DNA from: Felis catus
Lineage: Eukaryota
Assembly: GCF_018350175.1 (NCBI RefSeq)
Contig: NC_058368.1
Coordinates: forward strand, 216,258,001 to 216,322,000
DNA length: 64,000 bases
Direction of reading: 5' to 3'
The stretch's first letter is position 1; the number at the start of each line of letters is the position of its first letter. Shown here one piece after another: positions 1 to 13,399 of this stretch. The notes under the pieces are model-generated. The model ran no database searches, was not told the origin of the DNA, and worked only from the letters and a program-made list of their open reading frames with translations. The position numbers and the translations under genes were made by a program.

Positions 1-1137
1 CTCTCACTGTGAGTAGTATACTTAGAAAACTGATTCATATTGTTATCCTTGAATCTTTACTGCTTACCACAGGCTGCTTGTCATGTGTAAGTCCTAAGGG
101 CTATTGCAACTTTTATTGCTACTTACGTACTGTTCAGATTATATGAACGTATAAGACCAATTAAGAGAGTCCTTTATTTCATAACTTTGGGTACATTTAT
201 GGGAAATTTGTTTTAGAGCTGGCAAGAGTGCATCTATAGATGTAATTTAAATTAAACATCTCAACAGAGAAGTATTTTAATGGGATGTTATACAGTATGC
301 TAACTATCAGTAAGTTGTGCGAGTAATAATAAAAAAATGTGCTCTATGCAAATTTAACCTATTAACTAACCCAGGCACATTAAATCATTACACGGTAAGA
401 ATCATGGAACATTTCTGCTGCTTTTTCCATTATGGTTTCCAAAGTTCTGTTTCAGAGAAATAATACTATCAACCATCCCTACACATTGTTTAACTGATGA
501 AGCGTTTTTATTCTTCCTTGTATTTTCACACTCTGTAGTGGGGTTCATATGTGTTTATTAACTATATTTTGCCAATAAGGAAATAGATCTTAAGATATGA
601 AATGATTTGCCTACAGTTACAGAATTAATACAATTTGAAATCAAGCACGAATCTAGGAATATTTTTTGCTCGATTTCGTGCTTTGTTTTTCTTTCCATTT
701 CCAATTTGCAGTATTTAGTCCTTACCATTTTAGCTTTGGGTCACATGCAGTCCTGCCTATTCCCCTGTGTGTCTTCAATTTCGCATTTTCGACTTATTTC
801 CTTTGGATGCAATCATATTTAGTCATTTGTGTAGTGAATCTCCTTCCTCAACCCTGGCTTAAGTTCAAATAATGGCCTCAATTGTCTTAGCAAACCTACA
901 AAAAATTGAAAGTCTCCATTCACACTTGTGCTTCTTCACTCCTCATTTTATTTCATTTTCCACTACTCTTCTCACTTATTGCCATATTCCACACCCCCTC
1001 CCCTATCTATACCCAGTTTAAGTTTGGTAAGTTTGGCTCCTTGATCAGTCTTCAAACTTCTTCCACCACATTTCCGTGATGCTGCATACTTTCTATTATT
1101 TCTTATAAGATTTTGATTGTACTTTCTATGTGGCTTT

Positions 1138-1376
1138 AATTTTTTTTAGTATTTATGTATTTATGCATTTATTTACTTATGTTTATTTTTGACAGAGAGA
1201 GCATGAGGAGCATGAGCGGGGGAGGGCAGAGAGAGAGGGAGAGACAGGATCCAAAGCAGGCTCCAGGCTCTGACCTGTCAGCACAGAGTCCCCGCGGAGC
1301 TCGAACTCACGGACCCAGGAGATCATGACCCCAGGGGATGTCGGAGGCTCAACAGACTGAGCCACCCACGCGTCCC
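1138..1376 (-). mobile_element. CanSINE (felid SINEC type)
   Basis: Reverse-complement tRNA-like head, (GA)n tract and T-rich tail. TSD tttctatgtgg(c/a)ttt at 1123-1137 and 1378-1392. Confidence 0.93.
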
Positions 1377-2439
1377 TTTTCTATGTGGATTTTATTGGTG
1401 CTTCTTGTTACATTCCTAAACCTGATTTCCAAGATTCCATTCTAATGTATCTCCCATTGTCTTGCTAGTTCAAGAAACTGTCACTATGGTCCGATGATAC
1501 CAGATTGCTCACAAACGCGTCTCTTGTTCAATTTCTGTTACTTAGATGACACTTGAGGGACCTTATTTGCACTACACTTAGTATTTTTTTGTGTATCATT
1601 ATTTATACCGCACATTTGACACTTTCTGTTTCTGCATAAAGTATTTCCAGTTTATTCCATTTTGATGCCGTGTATGTTGACATTGTCTTTGCTACTAACA
1701 AAAATTTAAGTATGTCACGTTAAGAACTCTTTTCACTGTTTTAGCATATGAGTGTGCTCTGACACAGAAAAATTACACAGTTGTTACTGGATAATTGATT
1801 AGGTAACATTTCTTACTGGAAAATTTTATTGAGAAACATTGGGATTTAGGTCTTAGTGGAGTTCTTTATTAAGCCTGCAATGCTTCGAATACTTGCATAA
1901 ATTTGAGTACTAAAAGGTTCCATCTGAGATATAATCTGATTTATATCTTCTACTATTTCATTTACTTCACCATTGTGACACGTGAGAAATCTGCTTAGGC
2001 CTTGTTTAGAGAAAAGCTGTTCGCGTTTCATGCCTGTAACAAACAGGCATCCAAAATGTGTTCAACGTCAGGAGATTTCATAATCACTAAAACTAGAAAA
2101 CCAGAGAATAAATGATCTCTTCTTCAATGAACTATCAGAAGGTAAGTGAGAAAATTTCATTATTTTAGAGTGATATGTGGCACACGAGAATTAATCACAC
2201 AGTGTTAAGGAAATGGAAGTGGCTACATGCTAAATGTCTTCTTAATTAATCAATTTTAATGTCTGTTGTATTTTAGGTAATTTTATAGATCTCTTCTCTG
2301 GATAGTGAGTGTAAGGACTATTCACAGCACTACATAAAAATCTATATTAATTATAAGCTGAATTTGTGTAGAAAAAATATTATATAATTCATATCATACA
2401 TGCAATCAAGTTTTATCCTGTTAGTATTATATTAGGTAG

Positions 2440-2582
2440 ATAGAGTTATTTTATTTATTATTCGTGTAAGGAAACTAGAGCTGAAATATTTTTAGTAAGT
2501 TATCAAATATAAAAACATTAGTCCATGAATGAGCCAGGACTAGAATTCATACTTCCAGACTCTGAATCCAAAGCGTTTCTTT
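2440..2582 (-). mobile_element. MIR fragment
   Basis: aaggaaactagagct...gagccaggactagaattc...gactctgaatccaaag resembles the antisense MIR core. Confidence 0.55.
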
Positions 2583-2778
2583 GGAAAAAAAAGAGTAGAA
2601 AAAAGTATGACACATTTCCCACAAATATCTTTTTCCCTTTTCACTTCCTAACTCTTAGGACTCTCCTTCTATCATACTCCATCGCAGAAGCTAATCTGTT
2701 GCCATTGTAACGTCTTTTAATTGTTAGGATTTTTTTTTCCCTTTTATCTCCATAAGTTGTTTAAAACAAGCTAATCTC

Positions 2779-2966
2779 GGGGCGCCTGGGTGGCGCAGTC
2801 GGTTAAGCGTCCTACTTCAGCCAGGTCACGATCTCGCGGTCCGTGAGTTCGAGCCCCGCGTCGGGCTCTGGGCTGATGGCTCAGAGCCTGGAGCCTGTTT
2901 CCGGTTCTGTGTCTCCCTCTCTCTCTGCCCCTCCCCCGTTCATGCTCTGTCTCTCTCTCTGCCCCA

Positions 2967-3003
<37 letters not shown>
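2779..3003 (+). mobile_element. Young SINEC_Fc with (TAAA)n tail
   Basis: Near-consensus GGGGCGCCTGGGTGGCGCAGTCGGTTAAGCG with CpGs retained. TSD aaaacaagc(t/c)aatct at 2763-2777 and 3004-3018. Confidence 0.97.
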
Positions 3004-3005
<2 letters not shown>

Positions 3006-3670
3006 AACAAGCCAATCTGGTCACTAAAGTTCTAGCTATGTCTTCACTGGAAATGAAGCCAGCATCACGCAGGTGGAAATAACAGCAACTTGCCATCTAG
3101 TAAAGTTATAACTTTTGTTTTGAAGAACGATGACTAATGCTATTTAGAGAAATTAAAAAATATATGAATATAAGCAAATGAAAATGGCATTATATTCATC
3201 AAATAAAAGCTGTAGTTACTTATGAACACAATCTTTTGTTTCTACGAGGAATAATTAAGTGTTTCAAGTGAGTTTTTCAGGTTAAAAAACAAAACCCTTC
3301 CAAAGAGCAACAGCAACTTACTTTCTAGCTACTTAGATGGAACTAAAGAAAGAAAGTCAATGGCATTTAATTTCAAAAGATATTCCTGGCAATTACTTAT
3401 GGGCAAGGCAGTATTGCTCTACCAAATTGAAAAACAAATTCAGTGAAAGTTCTTTTCCAAATGCTTTCACTATTTCTTAAGTTAGAAGAACATTTAACAG
3501 AAAACACTTCTTTTGACAGAATTAAAAAAAAAAAAACCTTAAAAAAGGCAAAACAGTAGCTCTAAGACATTGTAAGGAAACAAAATAGTCACATATCTTG
3601 AACACAGGGAAGGTGGGGCTTTTGCAGCACAATTGAAGAATGCTAGGATAGGATATTTAAAATGACTCAG

Positions 3671-3867
3671 GGGGCCCCTGGGTGGCTCAGTTGGTTAAGC
3701 ATCAAGATCTCCTGGTAGGTGAGTTCAAGCCTCGCGTTGGTCTCCATGCTGACAGCTCAAAGCCTGGAGCCTGCTTCAGATTCTGTGTCTCCCTCTCTCT
3801 CTGACCCTCCTCCGTTCATGCTCTGTTTCTCTCTCTCTCTCTCAAAAATAAATAAACGTTAAAAAAA
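3671..3867 (+). mobile_element. CanSINE with short internal deletion
   Basis: A-box/B-box head, (CT)n tract, AATAAA tail. TSD tttaaaatgactcag on both sides. Confidence 0.95.
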
Positions 3868-4861
3868 TTTAAAATGACTCAGAAAGATTTGAACAAAGCA
3901 TGGTTTTGGAAATACAAACACAGGGATAATTTTTCTTTTCCATCAAAAATAACAATAAGCTATTTATATGTTCTGAACTAGCTACTTAGTTATTATGGGA
4001 TCTCTGTGGGGATAAAGGTAGGAAGTGGAAATATAAATGCATGAAAACATATCAAGAAATTAACACACCACATAATTAAAAAAATAAGAAAAAAAAACAG
4101 ATTCTCAAATTAGACTTTTGCAGGAATGTGTCAGTTGAACGTATACATGATATAGATATAAATTAAAATAGGCTGTCAGATTTAATATAAAGCAATAGCT
4201 TTATAATCTGTTTTGCCAAATACTTTTTCTTTGATATTTGGCTTTTTGCCAGCACAAGAGTACCTGTAGGAATAAATCAGACACACACACAAAACACATT
4301 TAATTTATATAAACATATGTAGAGATACTTATAATATTTCTAATAAACAGTTTTACAGTTTAGGGACACAAAATGCCCTGTTTGCCTGAACATTGCATAG
4401 CATTTTTAATGGTCTTTTAACATATTGACATTAATGTCATGACTTGAGGATTACTTGAATGTGGGCAATTAACACCAATCTTAGATTCTATATCTTGTGG
4501 GAACTTGATACTTTGCAAATATTTTAACAAGTCTTGGTGTTAAATGACTCTGACAGTGTCATGCAAAATTCACACATTTTATTCACTGAGAAACACTGAA
4601 CAAAAAAAAGTATAACTACGAAAATTGAAAGAAAATAATTGAAACCTTTAAAAAGAACATTCAACAATGTACCACTCATGCTAAAATAATTTCTAAGTAA
4701 ATACTCAGAAATACAGATGATAAATAAATGTTGAAGATTCCTAGAGAAACTCAAGCTAAAATACATATCCTTTCCAAGCAAAGCAATACTTGTAACCATT
4801 AAAAAATATCTTCAGATTTTAGGCTAAAATTTAAGCTGACTATGAAGCACACAGAAAAATG

Positions 4862-5020
4862 GATAGCTAGATGACAGATAGATAGCTAGATAGCTAGATA
4901 TGTAATATATAAATACATACATACATAGATACAGATATATATCTATACAGATATATCTATACCTATATCTATCTCTATCCATAAAATGAGACAGAGAGAG
5001 AGAAAGAGAGAGAGAGAGAG
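4862..5020. repeat. Compound (GATA)n/(TACA)n/(TA)n/(GA)n simple repeat
   Basis: Visible tetra- and dinucleotide units. Confidence 0.8.
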
Positions 5021-5227
5021 ATAAAGGACACCAGTATCGAAGAGAGATTTTCTTTGGGTAATGCTTTTATAGTTGATTTAAGTTGTTTTCTTTATCTTTT
5101 TCTATTTTTTAAAATTTCCATTGTTCCTAAATAGAAAAGTATTATAAATATAATATATAATTCCACTTTGTTTGCAACAGAGTTCAACTCTCAATAACAA
5201 TATTTATCAGCCAAATGAAACTTAATT

Positions 5228-5345
5228 TTTTAAAGTTTGTTTGTTTGTTTATTATTTATTTATCTCTACCCCCAACATGGGGCTCGAACTCATGACTCAA
5301 GATCAAGAGTCGCATGTTCTTCGACCTGAGCCCTGCAGGCGCCCC
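5228..5345 (-). mobile_element. Short CanSINE (SINEC_c-like, tRNA head plus A-tail)
   Basis: Reverse complement reads GGGGCGCC...CATGCGACTCTTGATC...GTTCGAGCCCCATGTTGGG...AGAGATAAATAAA and lacks the (CT)n tract. Confidence 0.88.
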
Positions 5346-6049
5346 TGAATATAAATTACTTTATATAAAAAATGACACTATATCATATCACCCAACTGTT
5401 GGGGGGGGGAGGGAACCATGAACTATGTTTAAATTAATTAAAAAAAATAATAAACCTTGCCACTCACCCCAAAACATGTTACCCAGAGCTGATAATGCAA
5501 GAAGCAGTTCAATCACAAATCATACAAAGCATATCTGCTTTCATTGGATTTAAATTGCAGCCCGAGTGTAAATGTCTATTTCATATGTTTTTTTCTTAAC
5601 ATTTTAGTATATCTGGTATGTCATTTACAGTTGCTTTTCTGTTATATCTCAATCTTTTTTGGCTATGATATCAGTAGTCCCTGGGCCATACTATAATTGC
5701 CTCACAGTATTCTCCAAGGTCCTAAAAGGTTTATTTTCTATATACTTTGTTTACTTTAGATTAGACCTTTCCAAGCTTCCTCTCCATTTTCAACAAGTTT
5801 GATTCAGACATTATGTGAATGTAGGCATACTATATAAATGATAATTTGAATTATATCAATAAGCATTATAAAATTATCTGGGTCACTTTTGTTGTACTGA
5901 TGCATATTTTCCATTATGTCAGAATCAATATCCCTAGATAGTTCTCCCTGTTCTATCTCAATCACCTGGAATGGTGCTAAAAATCTATCATAGAGATGGT
6001 CTGCCCAGCATACTGTTTTAGCAAAGGTTTCTCATACTAATATAAGTTT

Positions 6050-6208
6050 AGACAGGTTTAATTTCACTAAATCTGTTTTATCTGTAAGTGAGGATAATTA
6101 TGATAATCACTACATAAGAATGTGGTAAGAACTGTATGAGCTAAAACTTTAGAAAACACTTAACTTAGATCTTGGCATATTGTAAACACTAAATCAACAT
6201 TAGATCTT
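6050..6208 (+). mobile_element. MIR 3' portion
   Basis: ttttatctgtaagtgaggataat...cttggcatattgtaaacactaaatcaacattag. Confidence 0.7.
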
Positions 6209-6854
6209 TGTATTAGTAGTTTTTTCAGTTGACATTATCGAATTTGATTCTCATATATCTGGAAACTTCAAAATTTGACTTCTGCAAATACCTAAAGTCA
6301 CATGGCATCATGACAAAACATATCAATCATAACACGGATTTTTGAAATCAGCAAACGTATCATTTGTAGAGTTTACTGAAAAAAATGTGGGAACCACACT
6401 TTTCCATTCCTGAGAATTAGAATTTGTTTCTAATATAAAAGAGAATTTGAAGTTGTTTCTAATGTGAAAACATCCATAGCTTGTTTAAATGTTACATTAT
6501 TGTTCCAATGTTACATTGTTTCCATGTTACATTATTATCTTTAAATGTATTCTGGTAAACGAACTGTAATGGTAAGCAGGTGTCACTTGATCCACCCTGA
6601 CCTTCGAAATTCTATTAAATTCGGTGTAATCAGTGTGAAGTTCTTTATGCTTGCAAGAATCCCTTCATTTCTTTGACCTACCTCTCCATTATTTACTTAT
6701 CCCTCTATGTGTTTTCTTTGAACCCTTGACCTTCTTCACATCTCATTTGCTATGGCTGCTCTCTGGTTCATGGTCCTCTAAGTTGTAATGCATAGTGTTT
6801 GTCTCTCTTTGGTCTTGTGTTCAGTCTTAGTATTGACTCACATGGACAGACCTG

Positions 6855-6960
6855 TACAAGTAGCTTAAGAACAGAGTTGTGTCTTGTTCACTGATTTTTC
6901 CCAGTATCGAGAATAATACTTGGCTTACTTTAGGCATTCAGAGATGATTTGCTGAATGAT
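6855..6960 (+). mobile_element. L2 3' end
   Basis: tgtgtcttgttcactg...cccagt...taggcattca...atttgctgaatga matches the L2 terminus. Confidence 0.7.
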
Positions 6961-8124
6961 ATCCGAAGGGTGAAGCCTTCTCCTTTTCATGGGGTATTTG
7001 ACTTCACCTCCTTTTCCCTCTCACATCACTCTTCTCAACTTGCATTCCAGTTCAAAAAATGTGACACTACCCACCTATCGCTAGCTCATACCATTCCAAA
7101 AACTGAATGAACTTAACGATAGTCACTAAAGTATAGGAGGAAAATTATTTTAAAAGTTTAATGGATTTATAGCGATACATTGCATTGTATGTGTACATGT
7201 TTATAGCATGAATGTAAACACACTTGTTTATTATTTTCTCAGCTAATTGAACTGATTATATCTCTTTAGGATAAGGAAATGGGACAGGGGAACTAAATTG
7301 AAATTGTTTTTTTCTCTCCCATAATGGCAATAACAGCAGATGCATAAGGGTATTGTGTTTTTATTATCTACAGGATGTCATACATTCCATAATCAAAAAG
7401 AAAGGTTTGTATTTCAAATGCTAATTGAGAAGAAAAATAAAGTTTTCTGCTTTTCATGTGTATTCACTTTCAATGTTCTCATTTCTGTTCAAGTAATTTA
7501 TCTTATTCCGTCTGGTCTGGAACACCGTGGTGTCATTCTCACTACCATCTAGGCTGTTTATGTAAAGACACAGTAGGGGAGTACACTTGTTGGATCATGT
7601 AGAATTATGTTAAAATAAGACAAATAAACGCCCACAGGTAGTTCATCAAGGTGAAAATTAAGCTGTCTTTCTAAACTAGAAGTTGAAGAATAAGGAAACA
7701 ACATGAAAATAAGGACACAAAGGTGTCTGTGTATAAAAAGAATATGAGTGTATCACCAATACACTAAGCATGAGATGTAAGTATAATGAATGAATACCTG
7801 AAATGTTAAGGCAAATGCTTGTCTATTTCTTTATCGTAACTTCTCTAATGTTACAAAAATGTTACATTAAGATTTAAAAAATATATAGAATATACTCTAG
7901 TCCACATAGAACTGTATATAACCCTCTTTTCTAAGATCCCACTAAAAGGATGAGAAGTTATCCCAAATGTGATGAACTAAAATAACTGCGAAATAAAATC
8001 AAAATTGGCAAATATTTTGGACACCCCCAAAATTATAATTTATTAATTCTTCAGAGCAGAAGCTTTCCCTTATAAAAAATGTATAGTAAATCCTTTATAT
8101 GATTAAGAAAATCCTAGATTAATT

Positions 8125-8600
8125 AAGAATAACTACATATAACAAAAACTCACAATATTCTTGGCTTAAATAAGATGAAAGTTTAGTTTTTACATAAAAG
8201 AATTCCCAAATCAGGCAGCCCAGAGTGGGTGAAATGACTCTCAAAGTCATCAAGAACATAAGTTCCATCTATGGTTCTATTCTGCCTACCTCAGCAAATG
8301 GTTTTTACCGTCAAAGTCGTTCCAATGTCCCAGACAACTGTTGAAACTTGCATCATTATCTCTGCATGGAAGATGCAGGAAGAGAGAAGAGAGGATAAAG
8401 TATGTGTGCGCTTAAAGACTATTTCTAAAAGTCCCATTAAACTACTTTTGCTTATATGCCATGCGTCAGAATTGGTCCCAAGACTACATCTAGTGGCAAG
8501 AGAGACTGAGAAGTATATAACTTGGAATATTGCCATATTCTGCAGAACTGGTTATTATTGTTGAGGAGGAAGACATTAAGGGCTATTTGTGTAGGCAAGT
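8125..8600 (-). mobile_element. Ancient ERVL-type LTR (LTR33/MLT1-like)
   Basis: ttggcttaaataagatgaaagttt...acttttgcttatatgccatgcgtcagaattggtc...catctagtggcaagagagactgagaagtat. Confidence 0.65.
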
Positions 8601-8761
8601 AAAAGTCTAAAAGTCTTTACTGGAGTTTTATTACATTTTTATTTTTCAAGTATTTTTTTCATTTTGCCCATATCTATTGTTTTCTTAAAATATTATCATA
8701 GGATTATTTCTCAAGACCATTAGGTTTTACCTTTAAAAAATTATTGATGTTAAGAATAAAT

Positions 8762-8858
8762 TATCTGAGTTCTAGTCTCTGCTCTGTCATGTACAATTTA
8801 TGTGATTTTAAGAGATTATTTTATGATGCTAGGCTTCAATCTATTTAATCTGAAATAT
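8762..8858 (+). mobile_element. MIR core fragment
   Basis: ctgagttctagtctctgctctgtc...tgtga...ggcttcaatctatttaatctgaaat. Confidence 0.55.
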
Positions 8859-10285
8859 CTATTGTTTCTAAATTTAATTAATCATAATATAATTTTACTG
8901 CCTTCTATATATTTTTCTAACAATGACATATGTAAAAGAATTGCATATTGGTAGACGTTTTTCTAAAATGCACCACAACTTTAATTCTAGATGTTAATCT
9001 ATCAATGTAAAATTAAAAATTATTATATTAGACATATTTAATTGTAACTTATCTTAAATAGTTGATAATTCTCCTAAATTTTCATTTTCATTGTGATCTT
9101 CTTATTCTGAAACCCCAAATGAATTTTATTAGTTTTCTTTACAAGCAATCAGTAAATTCATTTACTTACTCATTTTTCAATAATCACTTAGCACCAATGT
9201 GACTGCTATTTTATTTTATGTTTTTGTGAAACATTATCTTTATGTTGACTACTTTTCTCTCCCTTCAATTATCATCTTATTGTTACACTAAGTCACTCCA
9301 GTTATGAATGTTAAAAAGTTAAAACTTTTTATTAGCTTTAGAAGGTGGAATTTTCCAGTACAATGATGAATGCTGCCTTGACTCAGAGAAGATAAATATT
9401 ATCTGAGCTAGAGAAAAAAAACTTTTTTTGGTAATATTATATGTTTTAATATTCTCTCATGTAGAATTCCCTACAAATTTTGCTGCCTTGAAAAGTCATA
9501 AAATAATCTTTACTAAAGAAAATAAAACATGCAGGAATTTCTAAAAGACTGGTTCTTTCTTGTAATAGATAGTAATGTATTAGGCTTTAGCTAGAAGTCT
9601 CTTATGAACATATTAGTTTGAAACTCTAGCCTCTCTTTGAGAAATGAAACCTATTAAAAATGTATTCTGAAATAGTTCTTTGATACAGGCATTATATCCA
9701 GAGGAAACAATATGTTTGATATTGATGTTTGATATATATTGAATAAAAGAATTTTCAAAAAGATGTTACAAGGTAAATGGCAAAGCTCCTTCTACACGTA
9801 GAATTCTATTAACCAAGGCTGGGTCCAGATCAGCGTTGCACATTGGCCTGAGTGGGCTGATGTATATATCTCACTTTGTTCTGAATATAATATGCATAAA
9901 TTAATACAAATTAGAAATTGTAGAAAGACCTAAAATATACTCTCAGGAATACATTTACACCTGTCTTGTAAATTAATTTTATTATCAGACTATGAGCAAT
10001 ATGTATTATTTTTTAATTCATGTACATATATATTTCAGTTCTTAAATATAGACACTGAAATATCTCAGCATAATTTTCATAACTATCTTAAAAAGGCTGA
10101 TTCTGGAAGATTTAGAGACTAAGAGTCAACATTTTAGAGGCCCTTTTCTTAAGAGTCATGATAATATATAAAATGTCAAAATCTAAGTTCAGTTTGGATA
10201 AATGCTTGTGGAGAAATGTTAACTTCAAAGCTATTTTTTTTTTAATGAGTAAGAATATATATTGGCTTTGTGAAGTTGGTCATTT

Positions 10286-10540
10286 TTTTTTTAATATTTT
10301 TGTGATATATACCATTTCCTTGTTTAAATTTTTTCTTAATGTTTATTTATTTTTGAGAGAGACAGAGACAGAATACGAGTGGGTTAGGGGCAGAGAGAGA
10401 GGGAGACATAGAATCCGATGCAGGCTCCAGGCTCCGAGCTGCCAGCACAGAGCCCGAAGCGGGGCTTGAACTCACGAGCTGTGAGATCATGACCTGAGCC
10501 CAAGTCAGATGCTCAGCCGACTGAGCCACCCAGGCGCCCC
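10286..10540 (-). mobile_element. CanSINE with extra 3' unique segment
   Basis: Complete antisense SINE with perfect 15-bp TSD tgaagttggtcattt at 10271-10285 and 10541-10555. Confidence 0.95.
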
Positions 10541-11071
10541 TGAAGTTGGTCATTTAAATAATCCTGCTATTGCTTCTGTAAGAGTCATAGCTTTTGGACT
10601 ATACTCTTGTGAAGGGAAAAATTGTTAAAAACACTGAATTTTGACGTGTGGGATGAAGGAGCATTGCAGTGCTGGAATAATCTCTGACAGAGCCAAAGCC
10701 TATAAGAACATTTTCATTAACTCACTTATTTTCCCTTTGGAAGCAGAAAATAATAATAATAATAATTAGCACTGTAGACGGATTGTCTTCCCCAAGTTTT
10801 CCTCTCTATACTATAATTATGTGGCTCTGGGATGCGTCCTGATAGAGCAAATTGGGGCTTAACCACTGACTTACTTTGACTAAAGTAATACGGTTGTACA
10901 GTTCCAGCTGAGGCTTTGAAACGGAAAAAAAAAAAACTGCCAGCTCTCCTGAACTTGCCGAGTGAGGAGCATGCCCCATGAAGCCATCGTTCCTTCTGCC
11001 AGGGAACCGGAATGAGGACACGTGGATCACACGAAACTGATAAAGACTCATAAGAAACTAACAACGCGAAG

Positions 11072-11179
11072 AACCTGGCAGAAATGGATGAATTCCTAGT
11101 AGCATATAACGTACCAAGACTGAATCATGAAGAAATAGAGAATCTGAACAGACCAATAATTGGTAAGAAGATTGAATCA
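11072..11179 (+). mobile_element. Internal L1 ORF2 fragment
   Basis: Translates to [36 protein letters not shown], matching the L1 ORF2p segment NLEEMDKFL.TY.LPRLNQEE.E.LNRPI. Confidence 0.9.
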
Positions 11180-13399
11180 CAATTTCTTTCCAAGTTTTGA
11201 CTCTACTCTCTTGGGTGCCTTCTTAGCCAAAGTTCCTCAGTTTCCAAAAGTGCTGTGAATTATATTTCTAGAAGTTAGCACCTAGTTATTAATTTTATGA
11301 GAATGAATGACTCTTGTCCTCACATTTTTATGTCTTTATTTTTCAGTGGGAATTATAAATGGTGTTAAACATATTTTTTATTAAACATTAAACTATGCTC
11401 ATTTTATTTCTAAGAGACTTAAGCCATATTATGAAGTCTATTACCAATGGTTTTATTCCCTAGCATGATGAGCCTCACCCTAAACACAAGAAAACAAAAA
11501 AATATTTTTAGTTCAGATTGACCATATTTTCAAATATGAAGGAAAAAACTTCGGACATTGTTGTTCACACGCAAGAATTCACTTTTGTTCTGTCAAAATG
11601 TTTCTGTAAAATCCTATTCTGTTTTCTGAGAGGGAGTTTCTCCTGTTCTAGTTGAACTTCCTAGAGGTATGCTATAGAATTAACAAATTAGAAAATCTTC
11701 CAAAATGATCTTAAACTTACAAAAAATATTTTGCATTTGCAGTTTTCATTTTGCTAGAAGACAATTGTGACCTCAATATTAATGTTTCTTACAAGGTAGT
11801 CAAATGTTGAGACAACTGACTTTACATATATTTATAAATTTAAAGTGTCATCTCTCAATAATATACACTAATTATATTTCAAGCAAGTAATTTTTTAAAG
11901 ACGACAGATGTGTTTGACATGCTAATGTTCTCTCTACATAACATCCCCAATGGCAGGAAAATGAGGTTTATTTTCACGATATCATATATAAATGACTTAA
12001 GCAATAACACAGTTTATTACTTACATACCAAGCATTCCGGAGGCATGGGAGTTCAAATAAATTATTTTTACCTAAGAGGGCTGATTCTGGAAATCCCAGA
12101 GAGGATTCCACTTACATGGCTTTGGCAAGTATTAGTTGATTGAATTAGACTAATTCCCATTTACCTCTGTAGCTAGTGAAGGACCTAGTTTCCTTAAGAA
12201 CATTGCCACAAACCTTATCCCCAAAATCCGGATCGACTAATCAGGAAGAAAATTGATTGAGCAATGAGCAGTGTCTGAAAACAGCTTATTTTGGAGACCT
12301 AAACCTAAACATCTTTTAAACGTGTAAACTAAATTAATAGATTAAATTTAATCCCATTATTAGAACTATGCTGTTTCGAATGAAAAAAAATTGGTAATGT
12401 TGATGTAGAAATATATCTGCATTTTTTTCCTCACGACCGTAAACTCCTATGTACTATCTCTTATTAGTCTCAAGCAAAATCATGTTTGTAAGACTTTAAT
12501 CTTCAATGTAAAAGCAAAATTTCCCTCCTTCCATTTTTGCAATTAACCACAGTGTCTAATAAATTTCAGAGACCATCATCATGGTAGTTGCTATAAACAT
12601 TTTAATTTTAATTGAATGGCTGACCAAAAATAGGAAGACTTCATTATTAAATTAATGTTTATTTAAAAAAAAAGATTTAGTGTCAGAAAAAAAAATGTTT
12701 CGTGTGATCATATAAAAGTATAATTATGGACACTGCTTTCAAATTGTTATTTTACCACCTACTTTATTTTCTGGAAATTAATAAACAACTTCTACAGCTG
12801 TAACTGAAGGATACAGACAGTTAAACAGTGCACTGAAGTTAACTCTTGTGGACAAATATGAGCCTTTCTCTTCCAAGTATGAAAGATGCGTGTTAAGTGG
12901 AAAATATAAACCATATAACCCAAAATAGAACCTTGAAACTGCATTTATAAAATTATCGGGTCATAGTGGCAGTGAGTTGTATAGGTTCTGTTGTTTTAAA
13001 TCTGTGTTAGTGATTAGTCTGATTTTTTTATTGTAACCTTTTGATCATTTGCTGCTATGCAATATTTTCAGAGAATAAAATGAAAGTTGTTTGACAATTT
13101 GCAACAAAAGACTACTTTTTTCTTTATTGATTTGTAGGCTGGAAATACTCTTCAGACTACAAACACTTCTACATATGCATATGCATACAGGTACACACAT
13201 ACATATTTGATATGTACTATGTCTTTAGAATATTTTTATTCTAAATTTATTATAATTTTTATTTCTTTAGTACATATTTTTTAATAATGTATTTTGACCA
13301 CGTGAAGTATATTGGACTCTAAGTTAGGTATTTCAGATATAAAGTTAGGTGGGATACACAAGACCGCTGGCACTAATGGATTAAAGAAAAATGTGAAGC

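Noticed and set aside
2046..2147. Perfect donor AAG|GTAAGT at about 2142
   Set aside because: No convincing acceptor and open frame upstream. Isolated consensus donors are expected by chance.
2771..3096. ORFs such as ...GRGRERGRHRTGNRLQALSHQPRARRGART... and MAQSVE...VMIS..., recurring at 1183, 10158, 14308, 35015, 57613, 59021, 62945 and elsewhere
   Set aside because: They are translations of CanSINEs, not genes.
5228..5345. tRNA-like sequence with A and B boxes (also at 19783)
   Set aside because: Short CanSINE heads with A-tails and TSDs, not tRNA genes.
6489..6537. Three ATGTTACATT repeats with short spacers, superficially array-like
   Set aside because: A short degenerate tandem duplication. 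Not CRISPR: mammalian DNA, tiny units and no cas genes.
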